A stretch of 64,000 bases of DNA, from contig NC_090396.1 of NCBI RefSeq assembly GCF_036365525.1, positions 24,156,283 through 24,220,282 of the forward strand, in the 5' to 3' direction. This document shows positions 11,531 to 23,809 of this stretch, piece by piece (position 1 is the stretch's first letter; every line of letters begins with the position of its first letter). The notes below the pieces were generated by a model. The model was not told where the DNA came from. It saw only the letters and a list, made by a program, of their open reading frames with translations, and searched no databases. The stretch is from Heterodontus francisci (lineage: Eukaryota). The translations under genes were made by a program, and so were the position numbers.

Positions 11531-12469
11531 CCATCTACAAGATGCACTGCAGCAACTCGCCAAGGCTCCTTCGACAGCACCTTCCAAACCTGCGACCTCT
11601 ACCACTGAGAAGGACAAGGGCAATCCTGACTTGGGAATCTATCGCCATTCCTTCATCATCACTGGATCAAAATCCTGGAATTCCCTCCCTAACAGCACTG
11701 TGGGTATACCTATAACACAAGGACTGCAGCAGGTCAAAAAGGAGGCTCCCCACCACCTTCTCAAGGGCAATTAGCGATGGCAATAAATGCTGGTCTTGCC
11801 AGCAACGCACATATTCCATGACAGAATTTTAAAAAATTCATCTGAAATTCCTTTGTCTACTATTTTTGTGTGGATGTTGACATATTTATTTTAAAAATAT
11901 GTGCAGTTTAACTTCAAGGTTAATGCCTCATCAGAATTATATTTTAATAGGGATCCTGTTGTAAATGAGCTATAAAATTAGTCCTTCAACATCAAGTTCA
12001 CTGAATGAGTAACATTTCCAAGGTGAGATTGTGCTTTGTCAAATACTCTGCTGACAGGAATTTTAAATGGGTTGACATTATGCTAATATAGCAAAGAGAG
12101 GAACAAATGTTTGTCTGCAAGTTTTGCAAGGCCTCATTTCAGAGTCAGTATAACTTTTATTTATTTTTTGGATGATTTTTAAACATGGACTCTGCAGCTA
12201 TAGTTCTAAAATGACCGGCATTGATACAGGCTCCAGATTGCGCAGGTTTACGCATCTTCCATGCATTAGCTGTTGCGGCACATTTTGAATCTATTTATAG
12301 CAATAGGATTCAGTTTTCCCTCTGTTACATCTATGCTAATTTGTTACAGAGAAATCTTCCAATACCTCTGCAGGTCCACAGTACATACAAACAACAAAGA
12401 GGGTTAAAGGTCAGAAGAAAGACTGGAAATTTGACAAAGTATATGGATGCTGAGGATTCGTGTGTAAAA

Positions 12470-14180
12470 TTGAAGAAAGAAAGTTGCATTTATATAAGCA
12501 CAATTCACAACCTCAGGATGTCCTAATCTGGTTTAAAGCCATTGAAGTACTTTTGAAGCGTAGTCACTGTTGTAATGTAGGAAAAACGCCAGCCAATTTG
12601 AGCACATAGGAACAGGAATAGACCATTTAGCCCCTCGAGCCTGTTCTGGCATTCAATGAGATTATGGCTGATTTGTGACCTAACTCCATATATCTGCCTT
12701 TGCCTCATATCCCTTAATACCTTTCTCGAAAAAAGATCTATCATTCTCAGTCTTAAAATTAACCCTTGGAGTCCGGGTATCATTCTAATAAATCTATGCT
12801 GCACTCCCTCCAAGGCCAATATAGCCTTCCTAAAGTGTGGTGTCCAGAACTGCTCACAGTTCACCAGGTGTGGTCTAACCAGGGCTTTGTATAGCTGAAG
12901 CATGACTTCTTTCCCATTGTATTTTATTCTTCTAGATATAAAGGCCAATATTCCATTTGCCTTTTTGATTACTTTCAGTACCTATTCATGACATTTTAGT
13001 GATCTATGTAACTGGATCCCCATGTCTCTTTGGATCTCCACTGTTTCCAACTTTTCGCCATGTAGAATGTACCCTGTTCTATCCTTTTTAGGTCCAAAGT
13101 GGATGACCTACATTGAAATCCATTTGCCACTGTTTTGCCCATTCACTTACTCTAGCAATATTTCCTTGCAATTTTATGCTTCTATCTACAATACTTACAA
13201 TACTGCCTATCTTTGTGTCGTCAGCAAATTTGGATATGTGGCTTTCTATCCCAACATCTAAGTTTTTCATAAATATGGTGAATAGTTAAGGCCCTAACAC
13301 AGATCCTTGTGGGACATCCTAGCAATTACAGTACCTGCCCATTATCTCTACTCCCTATTTCCTTCTGCTCAGCCAATTTCCTAACCAGGTCAATAATTTG
13401 GCTTCAGCTGCATGAGTTTCAACTTTAACAGTCTCTTATGAGGAACTTTATTAAATGCCTTCTGGAAGTCCATGTAAGTAATATCCATAGACATTCCCCT
13501 GTCCTCTACTTTAGTCACCTCTTCAAAATGTTCAGTCAGATTTGTCAGATTTGTTTCTGGCTTAACCCATTGAAGTCAGCCTTACCTAAATCCACAATCC
13601 ACCCTTTCAAACACTATTGAGAACTTGACCACATTATGCTTGCTATTTGATAAATGCTCATACGCTGTTAGATTGTTAACTAAATCTGGCTCATTACACA
13701 TTACTAGCTCTAATATGGCCAGTCCCCTTGTTGGCTCCAGCACATATTGTTGCAGAGAACTATCATGGACACACTCAACAAATTCACTACCTTCCTGACA
13801 TGCGCTACTCTGCTTTTCCCAATCTGTATGAAAGTTAAACCTCCCATTAAAACCACTCTGCCTTTGCTACATGCTTGTCTAATCTCTGTATTTATACAAG
13901 CTACCACTTCACAGCTACTGCCAGTAGGGATAAATATTGTCCAGGACACCAGGAGAATTCTTCTGCTCGTCTTTGAATAGTGCCATGAGACCTTTTACAT
14001 CCACTGAGAGGGCAGACGGAGCCTCGATTTAACATCTCATCTGAAACTCGGCATCTCTAATAGCGTAGCATTCCCTTAGTACTGCACTGAAGTTCCTGCC
14101 TGGATTATGTGCTCAAATCACCTGATTGGGGCTTGATCCCACAACCTTTTGATTCAGAGATGAGTGTGCTACCACTGAGT
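12470..14180 (-). mobile_element. SacSINE1/AmnSINE1-like DeuSINE split by a CR1 insertion (pieces ~12470-12605 and ~13926-14180)
   Basis: Contains the Deu-domain (gatgagatgttaaatcgagg..ctctcagtggatgtaaaag), a tRNA-like head near 14130-14180 and the tail tatataaatgcaact. Confidence 0.85.
12604..13925 (-). mobile_element. Internally deleted CR1 LINE (endonuclease piece joined to RT piece and 3' UTR)
   Basis: EN remnant RQACSKGRVVLMG..QQYVLEPTR (13550-13925), RT remnants KFADDTK and YKALVRPHL (12760-13550), and a 3' UTR. Confidence 0.85.
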
Positions 14181-14574
14181 AAAAACTGACACCTATGCAA
14201 CTAATCCATGAAGAAGATAGCCTCCCTACTTTGCAGCTCAAAATCTCAAAAACAAATGACAGATAACTGATATATAAGGCTATCATGAGTCGCTGGCTTC
14301 CCTGAGAGAGGGAGTTCAATTTTAATGAATGACCAATTGTTCTTTGCACTGGTAATGTGCACAGTCTAGGAGCAGGAGATGCAGAGAGGGGTGTGGAACC
14401 AGGGAGCCTGAGAAAGAGGAGTGGGAGATTGGGAACTTGAGAATGGAAAATTGGAGACTGGTAGTTAGAGAGAAGCAAGTAGGAAGCTAGGGTTTAGAGT
14501 GAGCAGAGCAGTGCTGGGGAGCCCAAAATGGATAAAAAAAAACCTAACTGGACCAGGAGCAGGTGAATCAGCTT

Positions 14575-14870
14575 CTTTGAGTGAGCTACCATCTTTTGAA
14601 TGAGATGTTATACTTGGGTCGCCCTCTTGGGTGGACATTAAAGATCCCATGGAACTATTTGAACAAAGCAGAGGTTTTCCAATATCCTGGCTAACATGTA
14701 TCCATCAATCAATATTACTAGAACTGATTATCTGGCCAATATTTCATCATATATTTGTGGGATCCTGTTGTGCACAACTTGGCTGTTGCATTCCCTAAAT
14801 TACAACAGTGACTACACTTCAGAAGTACTGACATCCTAAGGCCATGAAATATGCTGGTAAAGTTCTTTCT
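14575..14870 (+). mobile_element. Partial DeuSINE
   Basis: gaatgagatgtta..ggtggacattaaagatcccatgg..ttacaacagtgactacacttca. Confidence 0.8.
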
Positions 14871-15639
14871 TTGTTTCTGTATAGGATCATCCACAATGGT
14901 TGGGTAAAAACAATCTCTACTTTCAACCACAAATGATATTTAAAATTGTAGTATTATATGTAAGTAGATTGAGCAAGAATCTTTAGAACAAGTGGAAGGC
15001 CACTAAGTTCAACAAGCTGACCTCTCTTTCAAAGACTTCAACCTCACTTTCTCATCAACGCTGCTCACAATTTCCCATTCCAGAAATGCATTTGTACAAT
15101 CTGCTTCAATTGGCTTCCCTGCTAAACCATTCCTCAAATCAATCACAAAAGCAAAATACTGCGACTTCATTACCCTTTGCGTAAAATAATTCCAACTAAC
15201 TTTCTTTACTTTCCTAAACTTCATCTTGTGTTAAACTGAGAAATTTCTTTTACTAAGAATCATCTTTCTGGTTCACCTCTCTGTTCTTCCAAGGGCTCAA
15301 TGGCCCAGATTTTCCTGGGGATTTGTGCCATTATAATGGTTTATCTACATTGTAGGGACCTGTAAATGGCACAGCAGAAAGAGGAAATTAAGGAGCCAAT
15401 AATTATGCCATTTTATATTTTTCTGGGACTTTTGCACTGTTCCATTGTTACCCTTACCAAAATTTTGAAGTTAATTATCATAGCTCCACCCCTCATTAAG
15501 ATCAATGGAGTCAGTGATTTTCGTGCATTTAAACCAGTTTTCATGCCAATGCCACTTACATTTAGATAACATCTATAACACAGAAAATGTTATAACACAG
15601 ATGGAGGAAAAATTGATGGTAGGAGAAGAGTTGGAAGAG

Positions 15640-16920
15640 ATGCCCAAAAGAAAAATCAAAATTATGGGGTTTGAGTAAACTTTTGAAGAGAGAAAAATAG
15701 CAAAGCACAGGTGTTCAGGGAGGGAAGTTTCCAACAGTAGGGTTGAAAAGGCTTAAGGCTACGTCACCAATGATGGGCAGAGGTGGGGAGGATGGGTGGG
15801 ATTGTGTACAGATCAGAATCAGGTGACTGAAGAGCATGCGATAGGCTGGAGCAGATTGCAGAGGTAGGGGTGAGACCATGGACAGATTTGTAGTTGGCTG
15901 TGATGAGGGATTGAAGGACAATGGAGGTCAGCAAGGATAGAGACAATGGCAACATAGGGTGTGGGAAATAGAGCTTTAGAAACATTGGAGTTTATGTAGG
16001 TTGGAGCTGGGTTTACCATCGAGGAGATTGTTGAAGAGTCTGCAGGTAGTGAAAATGTGGACAGAGGTTTTCCAATGGGACATTGTGGGGATTGAACGAG
16101 ATAAGAGAGGAAGTAGCCAATATTGGATGATGGAATCAGCAGTCTTGGTGTTGGAAGGGTGTTTGTTTAAGACTTAGCTCAGGATCAGATAGGTTGTGCA
16201 CTGTCTACTTCAGCCTGAGAGCACAGCTGAGGAGGGGATGGAGTCAGGGGAAAGTGTACAGAGATTTTGGTGAGAGCTTTGGTCTTCTCGGTGTTCAGTT
16301 GGAGCAAGTTTTGATTTAACCACATTTGATATTGGATAAACAATCTGATGGAAAGAGTTGTGGATTGGAGGGTGGAGAGATAGAGGTTATGTTTTCAGCA
16401 TAAGTATGGAAACAGACTGCACATCTAGAGATAATGTTGCCTTAGGTATATGAGGAAAAGGAGGGGACTAATAATGATCAGAAAAAAAACAACAGGAACT
16501 AACTGGTTTGCTTTCTACTGCTTAATCCTTTATCAACATTCTTTGGTTATTATTTTGTCGCTGTTTTATGAACATTAGTCAATCTGCTGTGACATTCACA
16601 AAGGGAATGAAGAACAATGGAGGTCATCGAGAATGGGGACAATGAGCAAGTGGGACTTATGATAGGACAGGATGTGGTTAGTACAGTCTTAGAGACATTG
16701 GAGTTTCTGTAGGTTACCATTGAGGGGTTTGTTGGAGAGTCTGCAGATAACAAAAATGTAGGTAGAGGTTTTATAATGGGGTAGACTGGGGGTTGAACGA
16801 GATAAGAGAGGAGGTAGGCAATATTAGGTGGTGGAAATAAGTAGTCAGTGTTGGAAGATTGTGGGTTTGAAATTTAGCTCAGAATCAAATAGGTTTTGCA
16901 CTGTCTTCTTCAGACTGAGT
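15640..16920 (-). mobile_element. Highly degraded L2 remnant containing a ~300-bp internal direct duplication
   Basis: L2-like purine-rich plus strand. 15912-16220 resembles 16609-16919. Confidence 0.55.
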
Positions 16921-17318
16921 CAACAAGCGTAGTCTTCGGGTGAAGCGGATTAGAGGGAGAGGTATAATTTGAGTAGAATGTGCAGACATAACTCAGTAAC
17001 TATTGCAATGTCATACATTCTGTCCTTGTTTATTAGAGAATATTTTAATCTTATATTATTATTTATAGTTAAATAGCAAAACCTACAGCAATTTGGAAAC
17101 CAGGGCATTAGAGTTGGTTTGGAGCACATTGGGACATTTTACTATGTTAAAGCAGCTATATAAATGCAATGAGTTGTTGCTGAACATAGGAGGTTCTCCT
17201 CAGTACAAGTTGCATAACAAGGATTGAGGAGGTATAGTGCTACTACTAGTGAATGAATGGAATTACAATGTGTTACGTTTACATAGGAAGTTTCCATTGT
17301 AAATGCAGACCTATTTTA

Positions 17319-18690
17319 TGTGCACTATTTTCAGTGCACTGGCTACTGTGTTTTCATTCCTATCCTACTTTAACGATTAGCAGGGGTATGAAAATAATGC
17401 TAAGCTGCTGAGCTTCTAAATTAGAGAATGATATTAACAAGGCCAGCATTTATTTATTGTCCATCTTTAGGTGACCTCACTGGGTGGCTTGTTAAGCCAC
17501 TTCAGAGGGCTGTTTAAGTGCTCCCTTTGATGTGGGGCTGCAGTCTTTGCAGGCCAGGCCAGGTAAGGAGAGCAGGTAACGTTCCCTGAAGAGCATCAGT
17601 TGAACCAGTTGTGTTTTTAACAACAGTCCAACAGCTTCATGGTCACTTATACTGTTTTTTTTATTTTACACTTAAATACACTTTTTATCTTCAGATTTTG
17701 TTTTATGAAGTGTTGGGATTTAAACTCATGCTCTCTGGATTACTTGTCCATTAAACAATAATCACGAACAGAATTGACACAATAGGTCAATTGATCATAC
17801 GACATTGTCCTCTGTTGTGTTTAATAATCTGGGGGAAGGATTTCTTACAAAATTTCAAACTCACTAATAAAACACAAGTCGTTGATTTTCCTGCACAAAT
17901 CATATAGAGAAAAATGCTCCTCCCCTCTCAGTGAAGTGTCTTGCAAGGCAATTTACTAGACATCAATGTCGTTTTAACCATCAGTCTCTCAATATGTAGC
18001 TGGGAACCTGACAAGATACATGTTTGTCTGCGCATATTTTAAACTTTGTCTCTAGCACATCCATCACTTCAAGTGTCACATATGCAAAGTGTATGTCACA
18101 CACCTGATTGCCTCAAATATTATATATAATATATTAACAATCTTACACATCTCTTCACTCAATCCTTCCCCCAGATTATTAAACACAACAGAGGACAATG
18201 TCGTATGATCAATTGACCTATTGTGCCAATTCTGTTCGTGATTATTGTTTAATGGACAAGTAATCCAGAGAGCATGAGTTTAAATCCCAACACTTCATAA
18301 AACAAAATCTGAAGATAAAAAGTGTATTTAAGTGTAAAATAAAAATAAACAGTATAAGTGCCCATGAAGCTGTTGGACTGTTGTTAAAAACACAACTGGT
18401 TCAACTGATGCTCTTCAGGGAACGATACCTGCTCTCCTTACCTTACCTGGCCTGGCCTGCAAAGACTGCAGTCCCACATCAAAGGGAGCACTTAAACAGC
18501 CCTCTGAAGTGGCTTAACAAGCCACCCAGTGAGGTCACCTAAAGATGGACAATAAATAAATGCTGGCCTTGTTAATATCATTCTCTAATTTAGAAGCTCA
18601 GCAGCTTAGTGTTATTTTCATACCCCTGCTAATTGTTAAAGTAGGATAGGAATGAAAACACAGTAGCCAGTGCACTGAAAATAGTGCACA
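17319..18690. repeat. Large inverted repeat: arms 17319-17842 and 18161-18690 with a 318-bp spacer
   Basis: The arms align as reverse complements with roughly 8 substitutions and one ~5-bp indel, counted by eye. Confidence 0.97.
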
Positions 18691-18709
18691 AAGGAAATTA
18701 AATCACCAG

Positions 18710-19160
18710 AAGTAAGAAAACTTGCAATTATACAGCATCTTTCAAGACCTCAGGATGTCTAAAAGTGCTTTACAACAAAGTGCTTTTGAAGTGTAGTCAC
18801 TGTTGTAATGTAGGAAATGTGGCAGCTAACTTGCACACAGCAAGCTTCCACAAACAGCAACTTGAAAATAAGTAGACAATCTGTTTTAGTGGTGTTGGTT
18901 AAGGGATAATTATTGGCCAGGAACCATTGAGAACTCCCTATGCCTTTTTGAAATAGTGCCATGGGATCTTTTACGTCCACCTGAGAGGGCAGACAGGAAC
19001 TCAGTTTAATGTCTCATCTGAAAGATGGCACCTCTGATACTGCAACACTGCCCCAGTACTGCACTGAAGTGTCATCCAAGATTTTATACTCAGGTCTTTA
19101 GCGTGTTGCTTGAACCCACAACCTTCTACATAAGAGGCAAGAGTGCTACCAACTGAGACA
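18710..19160 (-). mobile_element. Near full-length DeuSINE
   Basis: Head tctcagttggtagcactcttgcc..gggttcaag, followed by the Deu-domain and tail. Confidence 0.9.
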
Positions 19161-19330
19161 CAACAAAATATGTTATAATGAAAGAACAGCTGCAATAAAA
19201 AGTAGACATCAATGTCACTTTACCCATCAGTCTCTCAATACGTAGCTGGGAACTTGACAAGATTCCACAATATCCCAGTATGAGCTGCAAGATCAGAAGA
19301 AGCTTTAATGTAGAGCACTGCGATACAGCA

Positions 19331-19978
19331 GCTATCAACATCCTGGGGGGTACCATTGACCAGAAACTGAACTGGAGTAGCCATATAAATACGATGGCTA
19401 CAAGAACAGGTCAGAGACTAGGAATCCTGCAGCGGGTAATTCACCTCCTGACTCCCCAAAGCCTGTCCACCATCTAAAGGGACAAGCCAGGAGTGTGATG
19501 GAATAGTCTCCACTTGCCTGGATGAGTGTAGCTCCAACAACACTCAAGAAGCTTGACACCATACAGGACAAAGCAGCCCGCTTGATTGGCACCCGTTCCA
19601 GAAACATTCACTCTCTCCACCACTGATGCACAGTGGCAGCAGTGTGTACCATCTACAAGATGCACTGCAGCAAAGCACCAAGGCTCCTTAGACAGCACCT
19701 TCCAAACCCACGACCTCTACCAACTAGAAGGACAAGGGCAGCAGATGCGTGGGAACACCACCACCTACAAGTTCCCCTCCAAACCACACACCATCCTGCC
19801 ATTCCATCACTGTCGCTGGGTCAAAATCCTGGCACTCCCTTCCTAACAGCACTATAGATGTACCTGCTCCACATGGACTGCAGCGGTTCAAGGGCACCTT
19901 CTCAAGGGCAATTAGGGATGGGCAATAAATGCTGACCTAGCCAGCGACTCCCACATCCCAGGAACGAATAAAAAAAAG
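19331..19978 (+). mobile_element. LINE-B 3' fragment with an A-rich tail
   Basis: INILGGTIDQKLNWSSHI and YKMHCSKAPRLLRQHLP; ends cacatcccaggaacgaataaaaaaaa. Confidence 0.88.
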
Positions 19979-20324
19979 TTACCCTCTCTTCTGCTAATGC
20001 TCACTTGCACTTAGCTCCCGTTTGTGAATAAATTTCATCTTCCATATTGAAGCAATTGCACCAATTTAACACATTGAAGGTTTCAGCTAGCATTCATAAA
20101 CTGCTCGATCTATGTTATTATAGCTTCTGATGTTAACTGAACTATTCAAATTTGTTACAGCCTATTAATACCATATCCTCTGCTATCATATATCTATCAC
20201 ACAGACTTTCACACTCACAACTGTCATATGAAAAGTTCGCAAAATATAAGGTGGATAGCAGATTATGTCTTCCTACTAGGGCTGACTTTATGAAGTAAAG
20301 AAAGAAAGATGTCCCAAAACCCTT

Positions 20325-20590
20325 CACAACTAATCAAATACTCGCCAAGTGTAGTCACTTCTGTAATCTATGAAATGTGACAGCCAAATTGCGCATAGCA
20401 AGGTCCCGCACACAGCAATGAGATAAAGGTCAGATAATCTGTTTTTAATGATATTGGTTCAGGGATGAACATTGGCCAGGACTCTAGAGAGAACTCCTCT
20501 GCTCTTCTTTAAATAGTTCGACGGGATGTTTTATGTCCATTTGAGAGGGGCAAATGGTGCCTCGGTTTAATGTCTCGTGTGAAAGATGAC
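20325..20590 (-). mobile_element. Partial DeuSINE
   Basis: Deu-domain reverse complement (ccatttgagagggcaaatggtgcctcggtttaatgtctc). Confidence 0.75.
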
Positions 20591-20644
20591 ACCTCAAAAC
20601 TCCATATTGGACCCTTCAGTGCCCGTTTTTCACTTGTAAAACAG

Positions 20645-21095
20645 CAACATAGGAACAGGAGAAGGTCTTTCAGCCCTTTAGCGAGTTCCGCCATTCAATT
20701 AGATCATGGCTGTTCTGCATCCCAACCTCATTTACCTGCCTTGGTTCCATATCCCTCAATAACCTTGCCTAACAAAAATCTACCAGTCTCAGTTTTGAAA
20801 TTTTCAATTGACCCCCAGCTTCAATAGCTTCTAGCAGGAGAGAGTTCTAGAATTCCACTATGCTTTGTGCAAAGAAGTGCTTCCTGCCAACACCCCTGAA
20901 TGGCCTAGCTCTGATTTTGAGGTTATGAGCCCTTGTTCTGGACATTCCCACCAGGGGAAGTTCTTCTCCCTATCTACTACATCAATTCCTTTAATCATTT
21001 TAAAAATGTAAATTAGAGAAACCTTTAATTTTCTTTTCTGAAAGGAATCGTCTAGTCTATATAGTCAAAATGTAACCCTTTTGGCCTGCTGCATA
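20645..21095 (-). mobile_element. CR1 3' fragment
   Basis: Reverse-complement CR1 3' UTR and ORF2 end (cataggaacaggag..gccattcaattagatcatggctg). Confidence 0.8.
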
Positions 21096-21959
21096 ATCTG
21101 ATTTCTAGGCCCAGCTGTCTCAGCCACAGACTGGGAATGGAACCTGACATTCATGTTCTGTGTGGCTTAGTACCTCAATGTCCGTTGAATTTACCAATGG
21201 CGCTTTGAAAGAGCTAGACTGTAGCATATTAATGCTGGACACATTGGTGTTTCTCCATTGTTTAACTGTGTACTTGAAGCACTGTCTAGAAGATGTCATC
21301 ATGGTCTTGTGGTAGGATAGGACTGTTCTTCTTTAGAATTAATAAGAAAAAGAGATTTCAGTTTTGTGTTACCATGTATACACCAAAGAACAATAATCAG
21401 TCCTTTGGAAATCTTGGTTGGTCAAGAACTCATTTTATTTTAATTTCTTATTAATCTAGTTAACCCAGCCCAGCTCTGTTAAATCAATATATGACCTTTA
21501 ACACCTCGACCCCTCAATCCCATGGAACCACCATTTTGTTAGAACTGTGCTTCAATAAAAAGCTTTTCTGGGCTCCCTGTCAGATTTGCCAAAGAAGCAC
21601 TGCAGGATGGTTGCAGATTTGCATTAATTTACTATTAATAATAATTATCCAATTTACTTTTAATTTTATATGTTATAGTTGCACTTCCTCCTTGTGTCCT
21701 ATTCTGCTATCCTCCTGAGGTAATCACTGCCCCCCCTGTGAAAAATCTGCACCACTTTCCTCGATCAGATGGATGGGAATGGAACAGGACACAGCTGTAG
21801 GGGCATCAGTACTGCTCTGTGATCAACTGGATAGCTATGTGGGAAGGGACTCCGCACTCGCAGTTGGCTCTGCCTCTCTCAAATAACCTGTTCAAGAAAC
21901 AGTGAAACATATACTCTCTACAAGAAAGGCAAGGGTGAATAGCAGTAAAGACTTCACAT

Positions 21960-22285
21960 CAACACAACGTGCATTTATATAGCACCTTTAATGTAGTAAA
22001 CTCTCCCAAAGCAGGAGCGCTATCTAACTAAATTTGACACCAAGCCACATAAGGAGACATTAAGGCAGGTGACCAAAAGCTCGGTCAAAGAGGCAGATTG
22101 TAAGGAGGGTCTTAAAGGAGGAGGGGGGAGAGAGAGGCGGAGAGTGAATTTTAGAGCTTAGGGCCTAGGCAGCTGAAGACACAGCCACCAATGGTGGAGT
22201 GAAGGTAGTCGGGGATGCGCAAGTTGCCCGAATTGGAGGAATGGAGAGTTCTTGGAGGTGTTTACAGCAATAGGGAGGGATTGAA
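21960..22285 (-). mobile_element. L2 3' fragment
   Basis: Tail gcatttatatagcacctttaatgtagtaaa plus the L2 3' body. Confidence 0.8.
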
Positions 22286-22934
22286 ATACTTGGCAAAGGA
22301 GTCAAATGTTTTAGTTCTGAAGATACCAGGCCATTTGTGCAATACTTGTCATTTTAAAATAAAACATAGACTCTAATAGAGACTTTCCTGATTGGCCTGT
22401 AGAAAGGCTGCTAGCCAGTAGGCATCTGTACATAAGTACCAATGATAGGAGTAGCTGCAGTTTGATAAAGTGAAGACTAAAGGGGGTGTCCTTGCACTGA
22501 GAGGGTGTATTGGTAGGAAATGTCTGTTTTATTACTTAAAGTGCGAGAGTGATCTAAATGAGAAGAATCTCCTTCCATCTCAGCATGTTTTGAGAAAGAT
22601 GAACTTGCTGCTTGCGTTGTGCTTCACCAAGCTGCTGACAGCTCCAGGGAATCAGGGCAATGGGGTTAGAGTGTTGGGGGTGGGGGGAGGTCAAAGAAGA
22701 AATTGATGATATCTCACTTGAACGTGACCTGTGTAAGTCATTTCCATCTGCAGCAACTGCAGTTTATGATCTTTTACAGAGAGAGCTCGTAAATCCTGTT
22801 AAGTAACGAATTTCCCTCACACTTAGATTATGATAGGCAATGACATTCAATAACTTAGTAATATTGTGTGCCACCCAAAAAAAGAGAAAGACAAAAATCC
22901 TCAGGCTAACCAGATGATTATCTCAGGATTAATA

Positions 22935-23320
22935 TTTACAGGCTGGGGCTCTTTTCTGTAGAAAAGAGAAGGCCGAGGGCTGACCTAATCGAGGTCTTTA
23001 AAATTGTGAAGCAGCTTGATAGTGTAGAAGTAGAGAAGATGTTTCTGCTTGTGGGAAGTTCAAAACTAGGAGCCATAAATATAAGAAAATCACTAATAAA
23101 TCCAATAAGGAATTCAGGAGTGGTTAGAATGTGGAGCTCGCTACTACTAGGAGTGGCTGAGGTGAAGAGCATAATGCATTTAAGGGGATGCTAGCTAAAC
23201 ACATGAGGGGGAAAGGAACAGAAGGTTATGCTGTTAAGATTAGTTGAAGAGGGTTGGGAGGAGGCTCGTGTGGAGCATAAACACTGGCATAGAACACCAG
23301 CTAAATGGCCTGTGTAACTG
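22935..23320 (+). mobile_element. Old CR1 3' fragment
   Basis: LGLFSVEKRRPRADLIEVFKI-like remnant followed by a 3' UTR. Confidence 0.75.
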
Positions 23321-23499
23321 AACCGTGGTTAAGTGAAACACCGGATCTATCCAGAGCTTCTACCAATGGATGAAATCTTTGCTTACAGAATGGGTGAGGA
23401 ATAACTTTGGTACTATTTTCACCCCTGCAGTTCTCCACTTCAAGTTCTTTCCCTCCATCAGACCTGAGCTTGTCAGACACCCGTCCCCCACCTATGCCT

Positions 23500-23795
23500 T
23501 GCCTATTCCTCATGTGTGTGAGCCTAGACAGTGGTGTTGACTGGCTATTTAACCACAGCTGGCACCACAGGCCAGCCTGATTTTATCTTTACTCAATATC
23601 CACATACAGGCACTTTCCAGCAAGGGGTCACTAGTATAGCAATATAGGAGCAGAAAACTTAGCTAAATTTTTTTTGCTACTTTTCCTTGCTAGCCTGGGG
23701 CACTGAGACCAAGTGTAGCATCCCCTACCATCACCCCAGCTGAGACCAGCTAAATTAGCCCAGACCAGATATCACATTGGGGACCTTCTTAGTCA
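23500..23795 (-). mobile_element. SINE family C copy
   Basis: Similar to 6915-7175 and 34990-35260. Confidence 0.6.
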
Positions 23796-23809
23796 CTTAC
23801 TTCCTCAGT

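Larger units (their letters stand above)
9625..11838 (+). mobile_element. CR1-group LINE of a second lineage (LINE-B), 3' half, hosting three nested insertions
   Basis: RT remnants (QGSVQGSNIFSCFINDLP, LQQDLDNIQ, YKMHCSNSPRLLRQHLP) and the 3' tail aagggcaattag..aataaatgctgg. Interrupted at ~9670-9825, 10257-10986 and 11217-11530. Confidence 0.85.

Noticed and set aside
22584-22738. Candidate exon between ctcag and gtaagt
   Set aside because: All three frames contain stop codons and there is no other support.
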